DNA of 10,516 nucleotides. Source: a virus. Its lineage: Duplodnaviria > Heunggongvirae > Uroviricota > Caudoviricetes. The DNA lies in the IMG/VR virus record IMGVR_UViG_3300018080_000111; one strand, 5' to 3'. Below the pieces are notes generated by a model. It saw only the letters and a program-made list of their open reading frames with translations, was not told the DNA's origin and did no database searches. The translations under genes were made by a program, and so were the position numbers. Below are positions 7,485 through 10,516 of this stretch, piece by piece; positions within the stretch are counted from its first letter, which is position 1; each line of letters begins with the position of its first letter.

Positions 7485-8178
7485 AAGTAAGACTCTAGTA
7501 ATGGGAAGTTGCAGACTTACTGAGCCATTTAAGGATGATCCTAACTTCATTCTCTATCCTGGAGGGCATGCTCACTGTACCAGCGCCTTCCTTCAAGCTC
7601 TCGACGTTATGGCAGGAAAGGTGGTTGTACCCAAGAAAATAGAGGAATTTGCTTTTCGGGGTTGGGGTTCTAACAATCCGGATAAGGAAGTGGACTTATC
7701 TAAAGTGTCGAATGTCGTAATGGAGCTTTGTTCATTTAAATGCGTGAAGTATGGCGACCTAATTTTAAGCCATGTATGTGCAACATCAAATGGTCGAAAG
7801 GGGCTTCCAAAGGCAAAAACGGTAAAAGTCCATATTGAAGCCCCAGATGAAATCCGATCTAATCTATACAAACTAAAAAAGAGGTTAAAAGGAAAAACTC
7901 TAATATTTGTTCTCAACAACAATATAACTGGTGTAATGCTAAGGTACAAGTTGGGCTATATCGTTTCGGATTGGTGCATAAAAAATAAGGTGACTTTTTT
8001 CGATCCAACGTCATTAATAGCGACCTATGGGATACCCTTATGTTTTCCCACAAGTGATTCGCATCCAAAGAAATATCAATTTAATTCTACCACGTATGAT
8101 CCGTATCATTACACGGAGTTTATGAAGAGGATTATTCATGAGCACATTCAAACTCTCATTGGACCGAGTGAAGAATAA
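7477..8178 (+). CDS. Hypothetical protein, SGNH-hydrolase-like (candidate glycan O-acetyltransferase/esterase)
   Basis: N-terminal LVMGSCR resembles block I of the GSCFA/WcbI-type families and C-terminal DPYH is a DxxH. GGAG at 7466-7469; 8-nt overlap. The CDS is confident; the function is tentative. Confidence 0.5.
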   Translation: MSKSKTLVMGSCRLTEPFKDDPNFILYPGGHAHCTSAFLQALDVMAGKVVVPKKIEEFAFRGWGSNNPDKEVDLSKVSNVVMELCSFKCVKYGDLILSHVCATSNGRKGLPKAKTVKVHIEAPDEIRSNLYKLKKRLKGKTLIFVLNNNITGVMLRYKLGYIVSDWCIKNKVTFFDPTSLIATYGIPLCFPTSDSHPKKYQFNSTTYDPYHYTEFMKRIIHEHIQTLIGPSEE

Positions 8179-9049
8179 ATCACAAAAGATACCGAAAGTT
8201 ATGAACTTCTTCTGGTCCGGGGAAACCCTTTCTTGGATGAGGTATATGACTCTTTACTCCTTCCGGAAATTGAATCCAGATTGGGAAATTGTTTTGCATG
8301 TCTTTCCATATTCCAGACAGAAAGAGAAACCCTGGCCGGATAAGAATTGTCAGGATTTCTTTAACTTTCCCTCTTCTGACTATCTAAGTAAGGTACCCGA
8401 ATTGGGTGTGCGGATCTCTCAGATTCCCCTAAATAAAAAATATTCTAAGTTGGATCCGGTGAGGTTAAGTGATGTCTTTCGTTGGTATCTTTTATATACG
8501 AATGGTGGATTTTACTCAGACATGGATATTCTATATGTAAAACCCATGGAGAGTTTTTATAATAGAATATCTAAATATGCAACTGTCTTGGCCTACACTA
8601 CAAAACCGACTCATTACTTTTCGATTGGTTTTATTGGGTCTACTCAAGGGAATCCATTCTTTAGAGATGTATATAAGATTGCGACTAATCGACTAAACAG
8701 AAAAGGATGCTATCAGACTGCAGGATCCGTCGCAATCTATGAATTGATAGGGAAGGCAAAAAATTGGAATGAGATCGTCCCCCACACGAATCAATTAGAA
8801 TTATACTACCAGAAATATGGAACGGACATTTACTGGGATTTTCAGAGAATAGTCTATCCCTATTCATATAGGCAGATACCTGAAATATTTTTTAATCCCA
8901 AATCTACTCTACCGGAAGAGAGTATTGGGCTTCACTGGTTTGCTGGTGCTGAGATGACTCAGGAGTTTAATCGCAACCTATCAAAAAACAATTATTTCGA
9001 ATACAATAATTTATTCTGTAATCTGGTTAAGAGAGTTCTTGGAGAATAG
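8168..9049 (+). CDS. GT32-like / DxD sugar-binding (Gly_transf_sug) glycosyltransferase
   Basis: IPKVMNFFW, TLYSFRKLNPDW, LSDVFRWYLLYTNGGFYSDMD, LHWFAG. The start is uncertain: GTG 8168 (11-nt overlap), ATG 8138 or ATG 8201. Confidence 0.82.
   Translation: MKNKSQKIPKVMNFFWSGETLSWMRYMTLYSFRKLNPDWEIVLHVFPYSRQKEKPWPDKNCQDFFNFPSSDYLSKVPELGVRISQIPLNKKYSKLDPVRLSDVFRWYLLYTNGGFYSDMDILYVKPMESFYNRISKYATVLAYTTKPTHYFSIGFIGSTQGNPFFRDVYKIATNRLNRKGCYQTAGSVAIYELIGKAKNWNEIVPHTNQLELYYQKYGTDIYWDFQRIVYPYSYRQIPEIFFNPKSTLPEESIGLHWFAGAEMTQEFNRNLSKNNYFEYNNLFCNLVKRVLGE
8231..8286 (+). repeat. 56-bp perfect direct repeat, copy 1 (inside first GT32 gene)
   Basis: TCTTGGATGAGGTATATGACTCTTTACTCCTTCCGGAAATTGAATCCAGATTGGGA, identical to 9097-9152; the flanking bases differ. 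Confidence 0.95.
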
Positions 9050-9051
9050 CT

Positions 9052-9951
9052 ATGATACCGAAGGTTATGAAATTCTTTTGGGGAAATGAAAAATTATCTT
9101 GGATGAGGTATATGACTCTTTACTCCTTCCGGAAATTGAATCCAGATTGGGAGATGGAATTACATTTATGTCCTCCTAGCACAATAAAGTATAAAACCTG
9201 GTTGGATGGGGTACAACAGGATTTCTTCAATTTCTCAGGGAAGGATTTTACAGGTAAACTTAACTCTTTGGATATTGAACTTAAAGAGTGGTCTCTTTTC
9301 CACAAGAATGGGAAGAGTATGCAAAATTGGATGGGTCCTTCCCATAAAAGTAACTTCTTTAAGTGGGGGGAGATGGCCACAAATGGTGGATTTTATTCTG
9401 ATTTAGACATCCTATATACAAAACCCTTGGAAGAATACTATGAAAAGGTAAAAGAGATGGATACCATCTGCTGTTATCATCATGATTACTTTTCCATTGG
9501 GTTTTTAGGGTCTTCGGGAAATAATCCATTCTTTCAGGATATCTACGATTTCTGTTTCCAGAGATTTAATATTAAAGAGTATCAATCGGCTGGAGTCCAA
9601 ACTGTATATACTTTTCTTAGGAAAGAAACAGAGATTCCTAATCCTGTTCCCAATTCAAAGATTAACTTTTGGAAGATTATCGAAGAAAAGTATCCAGAAC
9701 TGATTTTCTACAATAACCCAATGACTTTTGTTTACCCTTGGAAGTTTAATGAGATGGAGGAAGTCTTTTTAAAATTCCACGATGATCTACCTGAAGATTG
9801 TGTGGGAATACATTGGTATGCCGGCGATAAGATAGCACAAAAATATAACAATAAATTGACTCAAGGAAATTACAAAAAATTCAAAAATACATTTAGCTTC
9901 TATTTGGAGAAACTTTTACCTTCGAAAACTATTTTGGGGAAGAAGAAATGA
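9052..9951 (+). CDS. GT32-like / DxD glycosyltransferase (tandem paralogue)
   Basis: MIPKVMKFFW, TLYSFRKLNPDW, KSNFFKW...NGGFYSDLD, IHWYAG. GGAG at 9041-9044. Confidence 0.82.
   Translation: MIPKVMKFFWGNEKLSWMRYMTLYSFRKLNPDWEMELHLCPPSTIKYKTWLDGVQQDFFNFSGKDFTGKLNSLDIELKEWSLFHKNGKSMQNWMGPSHKSNFFKWGEMATNGGFYSDLDILYTKPLEEYYEKVKEMDTICCYHHDYFSIGFLGSSGNNPFFQDIYDFCFQRFNIKEYQSAGVQTVYTFLRKETEIPNPVPNSKINFWKIIEEKYPELIFYNNPMTFVYPWKFNEMEEVFLKFHDDLPEDCVGIHWYAGDKIAQKYNNKLTQGNYKKFKNTFSFYLEKLLPSKTILGKKK
9097..9152 (+). repeat. 56-bp perfect direct repeat, copy 2 (inside second GT32 gene)
   Basis: Identical to 8231-8286, at the same reading-frame position (SWMRYMTLYSFRKLNPDWE). Confidence 0.95.
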
Positions 9952-10516
9952 AATTAATGACCATTTTAGGAACTCGACCTGATTTAATTAAGATGTCAAG
10001 GGTTCTTCCCGCCTTGGATACCCATTTTGAGCATCTCTTTGTCCACACTGGACAGAATTATGACTATGAGCTTCATGGAATATTTTTCGATCAAATGGGA
10101 ATACGAGCCCCAGATATTTTTATGGGATGTGCGAAAGGAACCCCAGCGGATGCCGTTTCGGATATTATTTTGAAATCAGATCAGATATACGAAGAACACA
10201 AACCGGATGCTGTATTGTTTTATGGGGACACGAATTCTACGTTGGCCGTATATCCAGCAAAAAGAAGAAAAATACCCATTTTTCATATGGAAGCAGGAAA
10301 CCGAAGTTTCAATGCTTTAGTTCCTGAGGAAACAAACCGTAAAATTATTGATCATTTGTCCGATATAAATATGGTCAATTCGGAGAATGCCCGTAGATAT
10401 CTAATTAAGGAAGGTCTTCAGGAAGATCGAATAATAAAGACTGGATCTCCTATGTTTGAGGTTCTTGAGTATTATTCGGAAGACATTAAAAATTCTCCAG
10501 TTCTAAAAAATCTTAA
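9948..10516 (+). CDS. wecB: 3'-truncated non-hydrolysing UDP-N-acetylglucosamine 2-epimerase family protein, FnlC/WbjD/Cap5G-like
   Basis: Not in the ORF track. Manual translation from ATG 9948 (ATGA overlap): MKLMTILGTRPDLIKMSRV...VHTGQNYDYEL...GDTNSTL...IFHMEAGNRSF...PEETNRKIIDHLSD...KTGSPMFEV, open to the window end. HTGQNYDY and GDTNS resemble the Cap5G/FnlC subgroup; wecB is given as the family symbol only. Confidence 0.93.
   Translation, partial: MKLMTILGTRPDLIKMSRVLPALDTHFEHLFVHTGQNYDYELHGIFFDQMGIRAPDIFMGCAKGTPADAVSDIILKSDQIYEEHKPDAVLFYGDTNSTLAVYPAKRRKIPIFHMEAGNRSFNALVPEETNRKIIDHLSDINMVNSENARRYLIKEGLQEDRIIKTGSPMFEVLEYYSEDIKNSPVLKNL

Noticed and set aside
8231-9152. 56-bp repeat as CRISPR repeat, att site or IS end
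   Set aside because: Only two copies, both in frame at the homologous position of paralogous genes, with no integrase, transposase or cas gene nearby.
1400-10327. Short alternative-frame + ORFs 1400-1684, 6136-6318, 9206-9406, 10127-10327
   Set aside because: Nested out of frame in real genes; 10127-10327 overlaps the true epimerase frame starting at 9948.
1-10516. Giant eukaryotic virus (NCLDV) origin, given the similar enzyme repertoire
   Set aside because: Overlapping genes, SD motifs and GTG starts indicate prokaryotic translation; there are no AT-rich intergenic promoter regions.

Overview
The window is one gap-free, + strand, operon-like run of 13 CDS. It opens with the 3' part of a Ser/Thr-rich protein resembling phage tail-fibre/minor tail proteins. 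Twelve glycan synthesis and decoration genes follow: 2 DUF115/Maf-like putative glycosyltransferases, a GT2, a GT2-methyltransferase fusion, a Methyltransf_24-type methyltransferase, a P-loop kinase-methyltransferase fusion, 2 sulfotransferases, an orphan SGNH-like protein, 2 tandem GT32-like (DxD) glycosyltransferases and a truncated non-hydrolysing UDP-GlcNAc 2-epimerase (FnlC/Cap5G-like, missed by the ORF track). No membrane, flippase, polymerase or export genes are visible. My best reading, which is inference, is a prokaryotic virus/prophage locus that builds a sulfated, methylated, possibly phosphorylated and acetylated glycan on soluble targets such as virion proteins. A cellular surface-glycan locus beside a phage-like gene cannot be excluded. 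The two GT32 paralogues share a perfect 56-bp block despite otherwise diverged DNA. All family calls come from motif recognition by eye, not database searches.
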